The position numbers and the translations under genes are program-made. From NCBI RefSeq assembly GCF_035594765.1, contig NC_085843.1, positions 239,793,971-239,857,970 on the forward strand: 64,000 nt of DNA, in the 5' to 3' direction. How positions within the stretch are numbered: position 1 is the stretch's first letter; each line of letters starts with the position of its first letter. Below are positions 1 through 12,981 of this stretch, one piece after another. Under the pieces are notes generated by a model. The model did not search any database, had not been told where the DNA came from, and saw only the letters and a program-made list of their open reading frames with translations. Origin of the DNA: Anolis carolinensis (taxonomy: Eukaryota).

Positions 1-960
1 AAACAAATGTCACTGAGTTGTGTGTCAGGATCAGAGCACCTATGAGGTGAATATGATTTCTTTAGCCCTTGCAGAGAAGCCCTATATCTTTACTCAACAA
101 GTGTGGTAAACAACCACACTGGTGGCTGGAGATGCATTTGCAACAAAAGATTGTTCAGTGAGGGAACTGTTTCGCAATGCTAATGGCATCATACATCTAG
201 GTGTGCATCTATAATAAGGAGAGAGACATTCTGAGTACTTCTTCAGCTTGTATGGCTCCTTTCTTCTTAAGGATGTATTGAAACCACTGCTTGGAAACTT
301 CACTTTTTTATTATGTTGCCTAATCCTTTAGCCAACATGACGTTTGGCCAGCTGGCTGGCTGATTAAAGAATTAAAGCCACAAAAAGTACAGTTTCTAAG
401 CTCGGATCTACATCCTATCTTACTTCTAAAATATTAAATGCTTGAACTAGCACTGGTGTATATTGTGCTTTGATAGTGTTTCTTTTTCTTTCTTGGATAT
501 TATGAAGCAACCCCATTCACTCTCCTAAGCATTTGGAGGCAGTACCCACCCTGATTTGTAGCCATTGACAGCTTGGTTTATTTAGAGCACACGCCTACAG
601 ATGTCTATTCAGAAGTAAGCCCTGCTCAGTCCAATAGGGTTTATTTCCAAGTAGATGTGCACTGAACTGCCACCCAAGGCTACAGTTCCCATACTCTTTT
701 ATGTAGTAGCAACTTCACAGAATTCATCAGGCCTTTTGAGTAGGCATGAATGGGGTCATGCTAGTAAATGGATGCTTTTGAAAAAGTTCAACCAAACAAT
801 GTGGTTTTAGTTGCTACATTACTACAGCAGATTATAGGACATCCATGTATGCACAACCAGAAGTGCTTTACAAACCTGCATAATTGCTTATTGATTTGAC
901 CATAACAGGAAAATATTTTCATTCATAATTTCATTCTATTTATTTCATATTTTCATTCCC

Positions 961-1878
961 TGGGGAAAATAATGGCAACCCACCCCCAGTACTCTTGCCA
1001 TGAAAACTAAATGGATCAGTACAACCAGAGAAATGTCGGTATACCATCGGAAGATAGGACTCCTAGGTCGGAAGATGGTCAAAACGCTACTGGGGAGGAG
1101 CAGAGGACTAGCCCAACTAACCCCAGATGTGATGGGGTTAGCTCGAAGCTGAAAGAAAGGCTAATGGCCGACGGTGCTGGAGGTGAACGATAAATCCAAT
1201 GTTCTAAAGATCAACACACAATAGGAACCTGGAATGTAAGATCTATGAGCCAAGGCAAACTGGACGTGGTTAATGGTGAGATGTCAAGATTAAAGATAGA
1301 CATTATGGGAGTCAGTGAACTGAAATGGACTGGAATGGGCCACTTCACAAAAGATGACCACCAAATCTACTACTGCGGACAAGAGGAACTCCGAAGAAAT
1401 GGAGTAGCCTTCATAATTAATAATAAAGTCGCTAAAGCAGTGATTGAATACAACCCAAAAATGACAGAATGATCTCAATTCGAGTTCAACATCACAGTGA
1501 TCCAAATATACGCCCCAACCACAGCCGCTGAAGAAGCAGAATTAGATCAGTTCTATGAGGATCTGCAGCACCTACTGGATAATACACCAAAAAGAGACAT
1601 TATTTGCATTACAGGAGATTGGAATACTAAGGTGGGCAGTCAAATGACAACCGGAATCACAGGCAAGCATGGTTTGGGACAACAAAATGAAGCAGGACAT
1701 AGACTGATGGAATTTTGCCAGGAAAACTCACTGTGCATAACAAACACTTTCTTCCAACAATCTAAAAGACGGCTTTATACATGGACTTCACCAGATGTTC
1801 AACACCAAAATCAGATTGACTACATCCTTTGCAGCCAAAGGTGGCGGACATCCATCCAGTCAGTGAAAACAAGACTCA
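961..1878 (+). mobile_element. RTE/BovB-like LINE, 5' fragment with degenerate APE endonuclease
   Basis: BovB-type leader ATGGCAACCCACCCCCAGTACTCTTGCC; endonuclease motifs GTWNVRSM, GVSELKW, IQIYAPT, GDWN, NQIDYIL over ORFs 1245-1472 and 1497-1925; frameshift and short deletion near 1460-1490. Confidence 0.9.
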
Positions 1879-2315
1879 GGGCGGCGCACACAATTGGCAA
1901 CAATTCGATGCCTACACATAACTAAAACATAGCAATGAAAATCCAATTATAACAATTAAAACAATATAAAAATATATAACATATGGTTAAAAATCCGTTC
2001 ATCCAAAATCCTCATGCTGTAGCCGTAAATCAGTCCGGGTTGTCTTTATCATTTAATCATTGAAAGCCTGGGCACATAGCCATGTTTTCAGGGCTTTTCT
2101 AAAACTCAAAAGGGCTGGGGCTTGTCGTATATCTCTGGGTAGGGTGTTCTACAGCCGAGGAACCACGACCGAAAAGGCCCTGTCCCTCGTTCCTGCCAGC
2201 CATGCTTGCGAGGCAGGCGGGACCGAGAGCAGGGCCTCACCAGATGACCTTAGGGATCTTCCTGGCTCATAGGAGGAGATACGTTCGGACAAGTAGATTG
2301 GGCCAGAACCTTTTA
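1879..2315 (-). mobile_element. L2 LINE 3' fragment
   Basis: Minus strand reads RDRAFSVVVPRL*NTLPRDIRQAPALLSFRKALKTWL, the same L2 C-terminus seen at 63663-63914. Confidence 0.8.
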
Positions 2316-2724
2316 ACATGACTCAATACAGCAGTTTAACCATATTTTTGGATACGTTTTCCTGGATTGCACTCATGCTGTATATGCACAGTCTGCCGAA
2401 CCATTCCAGCCTGTGTCTCAACCCTGCCTATCCAATCTCTGTGATATAAAAAGTTTCTAGCTCTGTGGATTCACAAGGGACCATCATCTGTCGGTCTCAG
2501 ATTTTGGCCTGAGAATGGGAGGTTGCTGACCTCACAACCCAAATCATAGTAGCAGTTGTGTGCAGCTTTTTTGATGGTTAAAATGGAAGAAAATTAGTTT
2601 TCCACGGTTGTCACAATTACATAGATACACATTTAACTGCAGGATAACCTGACAAAAACATGAAATTCAATTAAGCATTGAAGCATTGAATCAAAAACCA
2701 AGCTGTAAATCTTCTGGCAAGTTC

Positions 2725-2830
2725 AGCTCCTCAGAATTGTATGTTCCAATTGTGAAAATCATTGTGAATTATAATCCCAACTCTCTGCAGAAAGCATAGC
2801 TGTCTGTTCCCTGCTATAGATAGTCATTTT
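2725..2830 (+). repeat. ~105 bp diverged direct repeat, copy 1 (copy 2 at 3980-4084)
   Basis: AGCTCCTCAGAA...ATTGTGAAA...CCCAACTCTCT...CAGAAAGC...CCCTGCTATA shared by both copies. Confidence 0.85.
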
Positions 2831-3979
2831 TAAAGAGGAAGGTAGATGAGCAATACAGTCCCAATTCAATACTATGTCATCCATAAAGAATTAGGAATAA
2901 GCACATGGCTGTTCTGCAGGTAGAAATGTGCTTTTGCTGGTACAACACTCTTCTGCTAAGACCACGAAAGCAGAAGATCCTCCAAAAAGCCAAAAATAGG
3001 TGAAATGTGGGAGGAGCTGAGATCTTAACCTCCTGCTTAAAGAAACACAGCCAAATGCCAGCACAAAGGTCAGCAAAGAATAATTTCCAATCTAAGTACA
3101 TTGGGAGAGGCTCCCTTGGCTCTTAGCCATCTCCACCAGTTAAGATTGTGGTTCAGGATAACATCAAAAGGAAAGGAAATAGAAAAATGAGAACAGACAA
3201 AAGGGAGATGGTTAGATATGGTCCTCTGACAGATGGAATCTGGGTGATTCTGGATGGAATATTTTATTGAGCCTAGAAGAAGTAATAGAGTGGCAGTTTG
3301 TGTATGTGTGCACATTTCAATGGATAGTGACACAATGGATAGTATTGGGATAAGTAGAACTAGCACTTATGAATTGGTTCTGGAGGAAACACTTGGGGTT
3401 ATCGGAACTGCTTTTGGAGGGTCTGGGGGGTCAACATTGGCCAGCAAGTTGATATTAATTTTACCTAATTGCAGTAGGAGGACAAATTAGTTTTGCCATC
3501 CACTATAACTTATTTGTGTAAAAAGTGCCCTTCATGGGTTTAATGTAGTTTACTCCTAGGTAAGTGATCGTATGATGGATTCCAGACCGTCTTTCTGATT
3601 CTTAGGAGGGTTCAAAAACAACTATTGCCTTTATACTTCTTAGTTCTTGTTCATTTAGTGTATATTTGATTGATAACTCCCAAGGAGATTGAACTACCTA
3701 GGAGTTTTGATGGTCCAGGTTTTCCAGATCATTTCTGGAAAATGATCCCCCATCCTAGGCTTGAGGTGAAGGCTTGGACTCTCTAGTGTTCATAGATACA
3801 GGATTTAAACGAATGGAGGTCCTGCCATGTAGGGAATCTAGGGGTGAAAATGAAGCAAATATTCCAACAAACTGACATTTATCCACTGCTGCCTTCTCCC
3901 ACAGGAAATCAAACCCTTAGTGCAGTCTTTGGAATGCCTCACAACTTGGGGATGTTTGCAACAATCTGCTTTGCATATT

Positions 3980-4084
3980 AGCTCCTCAGAACTCTATGTG
4001 CCGATTGTGAAAGTCATCCTGAACCCTAACCCCAACTCTCTACAGAAAGCGCAGTTGTCTGCCCCCTGCTATAAATGGCATTTT
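3980..4084 (+). repeat. ~105 bp diverged direct repeat, copy 2
   Basis: Colinear with 2725-2830. Confidence 0.85.
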
Positions 4085-4129
4085 AGCTATATATACCCCC
4101 TTTCCCTCTCCACTTCAGTGAATAAACTT

Positions 4130-4474
4130 GCAACAACCAGGAAATGCTTAGTATTTTAAATAACATTTCCCAGCTTGAATTTGGGATGTAGGAACAGAGA
4201 GGAAAAGTCTGGCAAGGAAAAGGAGTCAGTTTCTCAGCTGCAGATGTAGGAAAAAGGAAAACACGCCCCACCCGCCCATTCCCAGCCAGCTGGCCTCCCC
4301 CTTTCAATCCTGGCTTGGCAAGTTAGAGAGAGGGAGTCCTGCTTGTGCTTGCTTCTCCAAAGAACCCTGCTCAGTGTCCTGAAGCTTAAAAGTGCTTGTC
4401 TCCCACTTCTGGGACTCTTAATATCTCTGGGAACCTTTGCTCTTAAGTACTCCTGGCTTTTGTGACTCTTGAGA
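4130..4474 (+). promoter_or_regulatory. Putative PROCR proximal promoter/5'UTR
   Basis: Directly upstream of the signal-peptide exon; GC/KLF-Sp boxes CACGCCCCACCCGCCC (~4262-4277) and several ETS-type AGGAA cores. Confidence 0.45.
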
Positions 4475-4535
4475 ATGTTGTTCTTCAACATGTTCCTCCT
4501 GTCTTTGGCCCTGTGCCACTGGGCATATGGTGCAG
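4475..4535 (+). CDS. PROCR: Endothelial protein C receptor, exon 1 (signal peptide)
   Basis: ATG, MLFFNMFLLSLALCHWAYGA, then G|GTGAGT phase-1 donor matching exon 2 phase; absent from the ORF track. Confidence 0.8.
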
Positions 4536-7500
4536 GTGAGTGGAAATGCATGGCTTTCTGAAGCATCTGGCTTAAAATCTCAACTCTACAAAGATATAGT
4601 TAGGCTCATGAGGGTATGTTTGGTGTAGATTTATAAAGTTGAGGATACATTTGTTTTATATAATTTTTTGAAACTGTGCACATGATTATTATTTAGGGCA
4701 CAGTTAACTTATTTCTGACCGCAACTTCTAGAGTATTACAGCTAACCAAGACCAAAACTGATTGGAGGATTTTGAGAGCTATTGTCTAAAATACTAACGT
4801 TTCCAAGTTCTGGCATACAGTTGGATCTCCATATCTGCAGATTTAACCACCCCCCAACTTTAAAATATTTTGTTAAAATTCTCAAAAGCAAATCTTAATT
4901 TTGCTAGTTTATATAAGGGACACCATTTTGCTATGTCATTGTTCACCAGTTTTAGTAGCCAGGGGATCCAGAAACCAAACTTTAGTTGATATCAAGGACC
5001 CACGGTATATGATACTTCGTCCTTGAACTTTCAGGAGCATTTCAAATGGCAGTTGGATGGTAGTAAGAACAAAGGTGGCTAGGTTAAGGACCATGTAGCA
5101 GAAGTCTGATTTGTAATAATTTCACATTACCTGCGTTAATTGGGTTACCAAGTGCCCTGATGCTTGTGTTATTAGCAAATTTTTTATGTCTGGCAACTGT
5201 TGATGTGATTTTGTCAGTATGTGTCGGTGTATGTATTTTCTCACTACTCACCATCCTATTATGAACCATACATTTTCATATATCAACACAAATACATGTG
5301 TGCAATTCTTGATAGCATTTAATGAATCTGATTGTTCATGCTGGGCAATAAACTTTAGTTTATGAACTAGTTTGTCAGTTCATGTATTTGTTAAGACAGA
5401 TTAACACAGTTGTGCGTATGTGCCTTTAAGTTATATATCACGTGTGGTAATCTTATTAATTTCATAAAAATTTCCTTAAGCAACGAAGTCAGTTCCCACC
5501 TCTGAAATATAGTCTACAGCACCTAGTCTCCTATCCAAGGACTGGCCAGGATCTGATGCTTTTAGTGTATTTGGGCTAATACAATTTGTTGTTGGTGTGT
5601 GCCTTCAAGTCATTTCTGAATTATGGTGACTGTAAAGTTAACCTTTCACAGGGTTTTCCAGGGCGGAGAATATGTAACTTGTCCAAGGTCACCCAGTGGG
5701 TTTCAATGGCTGGGGGGGGGGGGCAAACCCTATCCCTCAGAGTTGTAGCCCATCAGTCAAACCACTAACCACTATACCATGTTGGCTCTCTAAGGAAATG
5801 GATACAGTAATCTAGTGAATTTTTTCAACCTGATCTTTCTGAAGATAATTTTCACTGAGGGCGGTGCTTCTTTCTTTACCAATTTGGCCTTTCCAAATTG
5901 ATCTCATTGATACCTGTAGGTATCTGGCTAATAAATGGTTCATTCGTCAAATAAATTATTATTTTTAAACAATTTACTGACTGAATTGAACAAGTTTGTT
6001 TGGAAATTCTAAATACATCTATTAGAGCTTTATAAGAAAGCCAGCATGGTGCAGTAGTTTAAAAATTGGACTATAACCCAAACAACCATGGGCTGAATCC
6101 CTGCTCAGACACATAAACCCATTGGGTGTCCATATGAAAGTTCCATTTTCTCAGCCGCAGAGGAAGGCAAAGGCAACACTTCTCTGAACAAATCTAGTCA
6201 AAACCCTGTAATAGTGTCACTTTAGGGTTAACATCAATCCAAAACAACATGAAGCCACATAACATCAAACCTTTATAAACAAACTGAGAAATCGTATGGG
6301 ACAAATAGTATATTAAAATGTTTTTAAGATATAAAGAAAACTGAAACGTTGAGGAAAATACTTGGAAATTCTAGTCATTGTTAGTAAGGTAGATTTAGTG
6401 TCTACCTAAGACAGTTGTATAAGACAAGGAGCTACAGACAGGGAACTGGAAATAATTGTAACCTTGTGCATAAAATCCTGTTAGCAATAACTCTTCTTAA
6501 CCTAACAAGGACAGACTTGCTGATCATTTAAAAGAAAGAACAAGATTGCCAGGCTATCATTGTGCAATTGAAATGACCATTATGATCTGTGGAACAATGG
6601 CCTCTGAAATAATGAGCAATCAGTCCTTAAGATAAGGTGCACCTACAAGGTTGGTAGGCAATTTCAATATATTGGAAGGAACATTCTTTTAATAAGTCAC
6701 TTTTACTCATGCTAGCAATTCCTTCCTACTCGTACGTGCACTTTCTTCCATTCATTTTTATCACACACACATTGCACAATCTTTGTTGTTGAAAAAAGTG
6801 TTGCTTCCAAATCTTGAATGCAACTCTCTTATTAGCTGGCATCAGAAATGTGTTCTTTAAACGTTTTCTCCCCTAGGACTATGGTGGGCTACTTATGCAT
6901 TTCTTTCCCAAGCTGTTACACTTACCACAAGCTACTCTTTTTCTGTTTAGATTTCTTGAAAGGAATTTTACTCTTAGTCACTTCTGTGCATTCACATTCT
7001 TTATGCCTGCTCACATGGTCTTTTGGGCAGTTTGGCAGAAAGTCAAGAGTGATGGAATGTAGTTCTTCTAGACTGCTGTGACTTATCATACACACATGCT
7101 GGCTGTCATGAGCCTGTTCACACTACAGATGCAAAGGAGTTATTATACCACATCAACTGTCATGGTTCCATCTCATATAATCCTGGAATTGCATTTAGAA
7201 GTGCTTTAGCACCTCCAGAATACAAACCCCAGATTCCATTGAATAAGTAGAATAATAGTGCTATAATGATGGGCCCCATGTAACTAACTGAGGGACTAGG
7301 CAGCAAATGCCCCAGTAGTAGTGGGATTTCCTTACCATGCTTTGGGTGCATCAATTGAAATATAAGGCAACACTTTGGAGAGGGGTGTTTATCTCCAGCA
7401 TGTGGCTCATTTAGTGAAGGAAGGATCGTGTGACTTGGAGAGGATGCTAAAGTGAAGAGCTTGGCTCTCATGATTCCCCTGTCTGAAGCTTGCACCAGCC

Positions 7501-7945
7501 TCTTTGCCTTTCCTGGAGGCTTTTACCTCCATGTAAAAGAGGCCAGGGTGAAGAGACCATGCTCTGCCACTTGCTTATTGCTTCAAGGGTTCCTGACAAC
7601 CTTGAAGTGGCAGCATTTGAAAATTAATACCAGCCTTGCTTTCTCCAGAAAGGAAAGAATGCCTAGGACATCAGAAGCTGGCTCTCTTGTGGACTGGCAC
7701 TCAGGGAGCCTTAAAATGCAAGTGTCCAAAGCTTTCTGCTGTCTCTAACCTTCTCTACATACCAGAGAAGGCCCAGATCAGCAGATAGAAGCTCCTTTTA
7801 GCACTGCTGCTTTGGGATGGTCCAAGCACGTTGAAGGCTTCTGTTGGCACAGCCATTCTATTCAATGTGGAGATGGCCTAGACTGGCAGAAGCAAGTATT
7901 AATGGGTTCTGCCACTTCAGGTATCTTTAGTGTCTTGAAATATCT

Positions 7946-8470
7946 GTTATTTATTTATTACGTCAGAAGCAAACGGAGGTTACAAGTTGCAATGTATTTG
8001 AAAACACAAAGTTTAAAAAAACACAACAACTTGGCATTATACTAAAGGTCATTTGACAAGTAGCTGGCCACTTGGAGTGCCTCTGGTGTTGCTGTAAGAA
8101 GGTCCTCCATAGTGCATGTGGCAGGGCTCAGACTGCATTGTAATAGGTGGTCTGTGGTTTGCTCTTCTCCACACTCGCATGTCATGGGGCCACTTTGTAG
8201 CCCCATTTCTTAAGGTTGGCTCTGCATCTCGTGGTGCCAGAGCGCAGTCTGATCAGTGCCTTCCAAGTTGCCCAGTCTTCTTTGTGCCCAGGAGGGAGCC
8301 TCTCATCTGGCGTCAGCCACTGATTGAGGTTCTGGGTTTTAGCCTGTCACTTTTCGACTCTCGCTTGCTGAGATGTTCCTGCAAGTATCTCTGCAGATCT
8401 TAGAAAAACTATTTCTTGAAATCTTGAAACTATTTCAAGAAATCTTGAAACTATTTCAAGAAATCAAGAA
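7946..8470 (-). mobile_element. Vingi-like LINE 3' fragment
   Basis: Reverse complement of 28290-28945; minus strand encodes an EDWATWKALIRLRSGTTRCRANLKKWG-type C-terminus and ends in an A-rich tail. Confidence 0.7.
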
Positions 8471-9701
8471 ATATCTGTATTAGAGCCACTATTTCTACCA
8501 AGTTGGAACTGCCACTGCAGAATAATTTAGCAGAGTATTTAATGTATTTAGGAAAGTTAAGGTCTAGTATCAGGCTACACTTGTGCTATTCAAAGTAGAG
8601 ATCTGCCAGTGGTGCTGGTATGTGAACTGTGGTAGTTTCCCTGTGACAATGTTTGAGGAAATAAATAGTTGTTGCCAATGGGCACAAATATGGTGCCTGT
8701 GTTTGACACATTGGGGAAAATGCCTTGCTTCTTTATGGGGGAAGAACTTAAGTCAAGCCTAGGTATCATTCCATATGTGCCACAATTTAGCAGATTGCTG
8801 TCTCAGGCCAAGTGCCATAAGTTAGCTAGCCCTGGTGTTTTTAATGTGGCTTCGAGAACATCATTCTTGTTTTCTTGGCAGCCCTCTTGTGGGGCTTCCT
8901 CTAACTGCCTCCGCATTTAGTATTTAATGGCTTGACCACAGAGTGATGCCTAGCCACTCCTGTTCACCTTGCAGCTGCTTTTTTATGACCCTCAGAGGAA
9001 GGGCAAAGTAAAACTGCCCAAAGTTGGAGCCTTACGTTTCAGACTAGCTTTAGGATAAGAAGGCATTGCTATTTAAAACAAGCAAAAGCATGTCCTCTGC
9101 GCAGAAGGAAGCAGCAGGCTAACCCCTGACATTGTTGATTCTTTTGTTCCACTACCAGAAAAGCAAGTAAGCCACCAAAGGGGTCACAGGAAATGGTGGT
9201 GCCACTCAGTCTGGGAAATATTATGGGAGCGTAGCCAACAAATGAATGCCCTGCAGAGTGCAGTGAACACAAAAGCATCCCTTGGGAGGAGAAACCAAGC
9301 AGGGCATTCCTTCCTTCCTTCCCGAATATGGGATATTTCCTCTGGCAGTCTTTCAGCCTTTTTGTTTGTCATTGTGCCTATAAGAAAAAAGAGAGAAAAC
9401 TGTTTAAAAGAAGCCATGCTGTTATTCTCATTTGATGTTTATTGATTATTGTGGTTTTAGTGATACCTTATTCGTATTTCATTGTCTAAATTGTATTACT
9501 TTGTTTTTAACAATGCTTGTTAGCTGCTTTGAGTGCTATTTTAAATGGAATAGCACTAAACGAATATAATAAAAACAAATATTTCCTTTTCAGTGCTGTT
9601 TACAGGTGAACATCACATTATTTAAGGATATCAGTAGACTAGTGTGGGATGAAGCTTTGGCCTCTTCTTTAACCTTCAGTCATTTCTGTTTTTCTGCTCA
9701 G

Positions 9702-9953
9702 AATCTCATAATTTCACCATGGTCCAGTACAGTTACTTCCCAAACAAGACTTTAGTGGAAAGTGTTGGTTATGCCACTCTAGATGGGACACGCACCCACA
9801 CCCTGGAGAGCCATAATGGACATGTCAATGTGAGCCAGTTACTCCCACTTGAGACTTCAGATCGCTGGGAGATGAGGAGAACCCAGCTACATGATTATCT
9901 ATCCCGTTTGAAGGCCCTGGTCTATTTGCTTACCCTAGAAAGGAATATATCAT
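9702..9953 (+). CDS. PROCR: EPCR exon 2 (alpha1 domain)
   Basis: Polypyrimidine CAG acceptor, GTGAGT donor, 252 nt; ESHNFTMVQYSYF...GYATLDGTRTHTLE...QLLPLE..RW...YL...LV..L..ER resembles EPCR MLQISYF/GNASLGGHLTHVLE/QLQPLQ/QER. Confidence 0.92.
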
Positions 9954-10024
9954 GTGAGTAATTTTTATTGTACTTTTTATTCAGCATTACTGAAAGTCAT
10001 TGTGAATTCAATTTTTTGCAAGAA

Positions 10025-10025
<1 letters not shown>

Positions 10026-10057
<32 letters not shown>

Positions 10058-10085
10058 GAGAGAGAGAGAGAGAAAGAGAGAGAGA
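10026..10085. repeat. (TG)n(AG)n microsatellite
   Basis: Directly visible. Confidence 0.95.
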
Positions 10086-10374
10086 GGTAAAGGTTTTCCC
10101 CTGTCATTAAGTCTAGTCATGTCCGATACTGGGGGCTGGTGCTCATCTCCATGTCTAAATCGGGCCAGCATTATTCATAGATACTTCCAAGGTCATGAAC
10201 TGCACAGAGCACCACTATTGTCTTGCCGGAGTGGTACCTATTGATCTACTCACATTTTCATGTTTTTGAACTGCTAGGTTGATAGAAGCTGGTGCTAACA
10301 GTGGGAACTCACCCTGTTCCCCGAATTTGAACCACCAACCTTTCAGTCAGCAAGTTCAGCAGCTCAGATGTTTT
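10085..10374 (-). mobile_element. Sauria SINE, truncated by assembly gap
   Basis: AGGTAAAGGTTTTCCCCTG tail; reverse-complement match to 35370-35690. Confidence 0.85.
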
Positions 10375-10530
10375 NNNNNNNNNNNNNNNNNNNNNNNNNN
10401 NNNNNNNNNNNNNNNNNNNNNNNNNNNNNNNNNNNNNNNNNNNNNNNNNNNNNNNNNNNNNNNNNNNNNNNNNNNNNNNNNNNNNNNNNNNNNNNNNNNN
10501 NNNNNNNNNNNNNNNNNNNNNNNNNNNNNN
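10375..10530. other. Assembly gap
   Basis: Run of N. Confidence 1.
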
Positions 10531-10539
10531 ATCCAGCTA

Positions 10540-10929
10540 CAGTAGAGTCTCTCTTTTCTAAAATAAACGGGCTGGCAGAATGATGGATAAGCGAAAATGT
10601 CAGATCATCAGAAAGGATTAAGGAAAAGCCTATTAAATGTCAAATTACATTTTTCTGGGCAGCAATGTGCTGTTTGATTTTTTAGGCAGCAATGCGCAGC
10701 AGGCTTCTTACCAGGAGGGGCAAGACACAGCCCGTGCAGGCTGGATGTTATGCCGAACAAGAAGTCTGCATCGCTGTGTCTTGCCCCTCCCGGCAGGCGC
10801 CCAGAGCACAGAGAAGCCTGCTGTGTGTTGCTACCTAGAGAGACAGCTGTGGATACGGGCAGGAGGCGGACTGTGTCGGATAATACAGAATGTCGGATGA
10901 GCAAAGGTTGGATAAGTGAGAGTCTACTG
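10540..10929. mobile_element. Tc1/mariner(pogo)-type MITE
   Basis: TIR CAGTAGAGTCTC...GAGAGTCTACTG with TA target duplications. Confidence 0.85.
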
Positions 10930-12148
10930 TATTACTTAATGGCAGAATATTCCTCCTTACCCAGTCTGCAAATCTCCTGGTATATTATTTGATGAACAAC
11001 TATGCTACTTCCTAACACACACACACACACACACAGAGGGAGGGAGAGAGGGATGGAACTAAATGTTAGAAAGTAGCATAGCTATTGATCAAATAATATA
11101 CCTGGAGATTTGCAAACTGGGTAAGGAGGGATATGCTACCATTTAGTAATAGCTGGATCAGCCAGGCATGTCTCATTCTACACATTTTAATTGTAGCCAA
11201 GGCAACAATTGTTGTGGTTAGTGAAATACGACACCATTATCATATATACAGAATACTACACATGCTGAACCTTCGGCCATGTATATGCAATTGTTCCGGG
11301 ACATTATATGTTTTTAACTTGCTCTTCTCACAATTTTGGCTTATATGGCAATTGAAACAAAGTTTCATTTAGTGGTGTGTGCACTCACCATTATTAAGCA
11401 TGTTGTATCCCTATGAACTATTTAAGTGCTTTATAGCCAAACAATAGATTTCAGTCTCTGTTAGTCTGTTTCATTTCCAAGCACCAATCTAGGCATTATT
11501 TCCCAATGTTGTAAAATGAGTAAGTTATACTTGTAATATCTGGGGATAAAAACAGGCTCATTGCCAAGATATCTTTCCTCAGAAAAGGAGTCAAGGTGTT
11601 ACAAAGTGGTTTGATTTGATTCAGCCACATGCATTCTACAAGGTATAATTTCTTAGCGGGGAAGTTGGATTGTATTGCAAGAATGCATTGCTGAAATCTG
11701 ACCCAGCTCTTGGATATTGCAGTTCTTAAGAAATGCTTTGAGACCTCAATAAAAGATCAAATAAAAAAGAGACCAGATTTTAAACGAGGAATGGAGATGC
11801 CATAAAACAGCTGCTTTATAGGATCTTTATAGCACTATTCCAACAGGCATTTGCCTAAATATTCAAGGGCTAAAATCTGTATGTGAGTGGGGACCAAAGA
11901 TACAAGGGGATAAAACAGCTATCTGAAACTATTTCACGAAGGTGTGTTTTCAGGGAGCTTTAGCGGATTCTCTTTGGTGGCAAAACTGGATTGGTTGCCA
12001 TCAGATGCATGAAATAGCCATTGGCAGAATCACTAATTTAAAGCATATTAGCAAACAACAGACAGCAGTACTTCCTTGGATTGTTCAGAAGAGGAAAATA
12101 GAAAAGGCACTGTCTAAGGAGTCTCTAACACTCTCGTTTGGATTGCAG

Positions 12149-12418
12149 ACCCCCTCGAAGTACACTGCACTGCAACATGCCAGCTCTCTGAGAATGGTAC
12201 CAGCAGCTTCTTTGAGGTTTTGCTCAATAAAGTTGAATTCCTGATATTCCGTGGAGCCAAGAATGGCTGGGAACCTTTACAAGAAACATCTGAAGCTATC
12301 TATGCCAGTACAAATTTGAACAAATATAACGAGACCAGAGGACATGTAGAGTTTTTCCTACAGGAAACATGTATCAACTTCATCAGAGAACACACTGATG
12401 TGAAAGAAGCCTTAACTG
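12149..12418 (+). CDS. PROCR: EPCR exon 3 (alpha2 domain)
   Basis: CAG acceptor, GTATGT donor; YPLEVHCTATCQL...FFEV..N...LNKYNETR...FLQETC keeps the alpha2 cysteines and the YNxTR motif. Confidence 0.92.
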
Positions 12419-12730
12419 GTATGTGAAAAGTAGTTTTATCATCTCTATGCAGGGACCTCTTCCTGTATTGGTTCCTGTGACAATATGTCCAAGATAGAAT
12501 AGTAAAAAATTAAAATTCCTTTAGGCAGGTTGTTATCTTTTGTGATGTTACAGCACTGTAAGTGCAAACAATGGGATGAAATGCAAAATTTGGAACCTTA
12601 AGAACTATCTCTCAGTGTTTTATAAAATAAGCCCCTAGGTAACTCACATGAAGAAATATTTTAAAAATAGTTTCTGAAGGAGGGGGATATTTTACCAACT
12701 CTAACAGGAGTCAGACCTCCTGACCTTCCT

Positions 12731-12934
12731 GACCTGAAGGCTGTCAGGTTCGAATCCCACCCGGGGAGAGCGCGGATGAGCTCCCTCTATCAGCTCCAGC
12801 TCCATGTGGGGACATGAGAAGCCTCCAACAAAGATAGTAAAAACATCAAAAACATCCGGGCATCCCCTGGGCGTCCTTGCAGAAGGCCAATTCTCTCACA
12901 CCAGAAGCGACTTGCAGTTTCTCAAGTTGCTCCT

Positions 12935-12940
<6 letters not shown>
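12731..12940 (+). mobile_element. Anolis SINE2-like tRNA-derived SINE followed by (CA)n
   Basis: B-box GGTTCGAATCCC; 3' end CCAGAAGCGACTTGCAGTTTCTCAAGTTGCTCCTGACAC, whose TGACAC terminus resembles the Vingi tails in this window. Confidence 0.75.

Positions 12941-12981
<41 letters not shown>

Noticed and set aside
3070-3860. Possible degraded retroelement or viral coding sequence
   Set aside because: Manual translation of part of it gave stops and no recognisable motif; needs TBLASTX
12731-12800. tRNA-like B box GGTTCGAATCCC
   Set aside because: No cloverleaf; it is the head of a SINE
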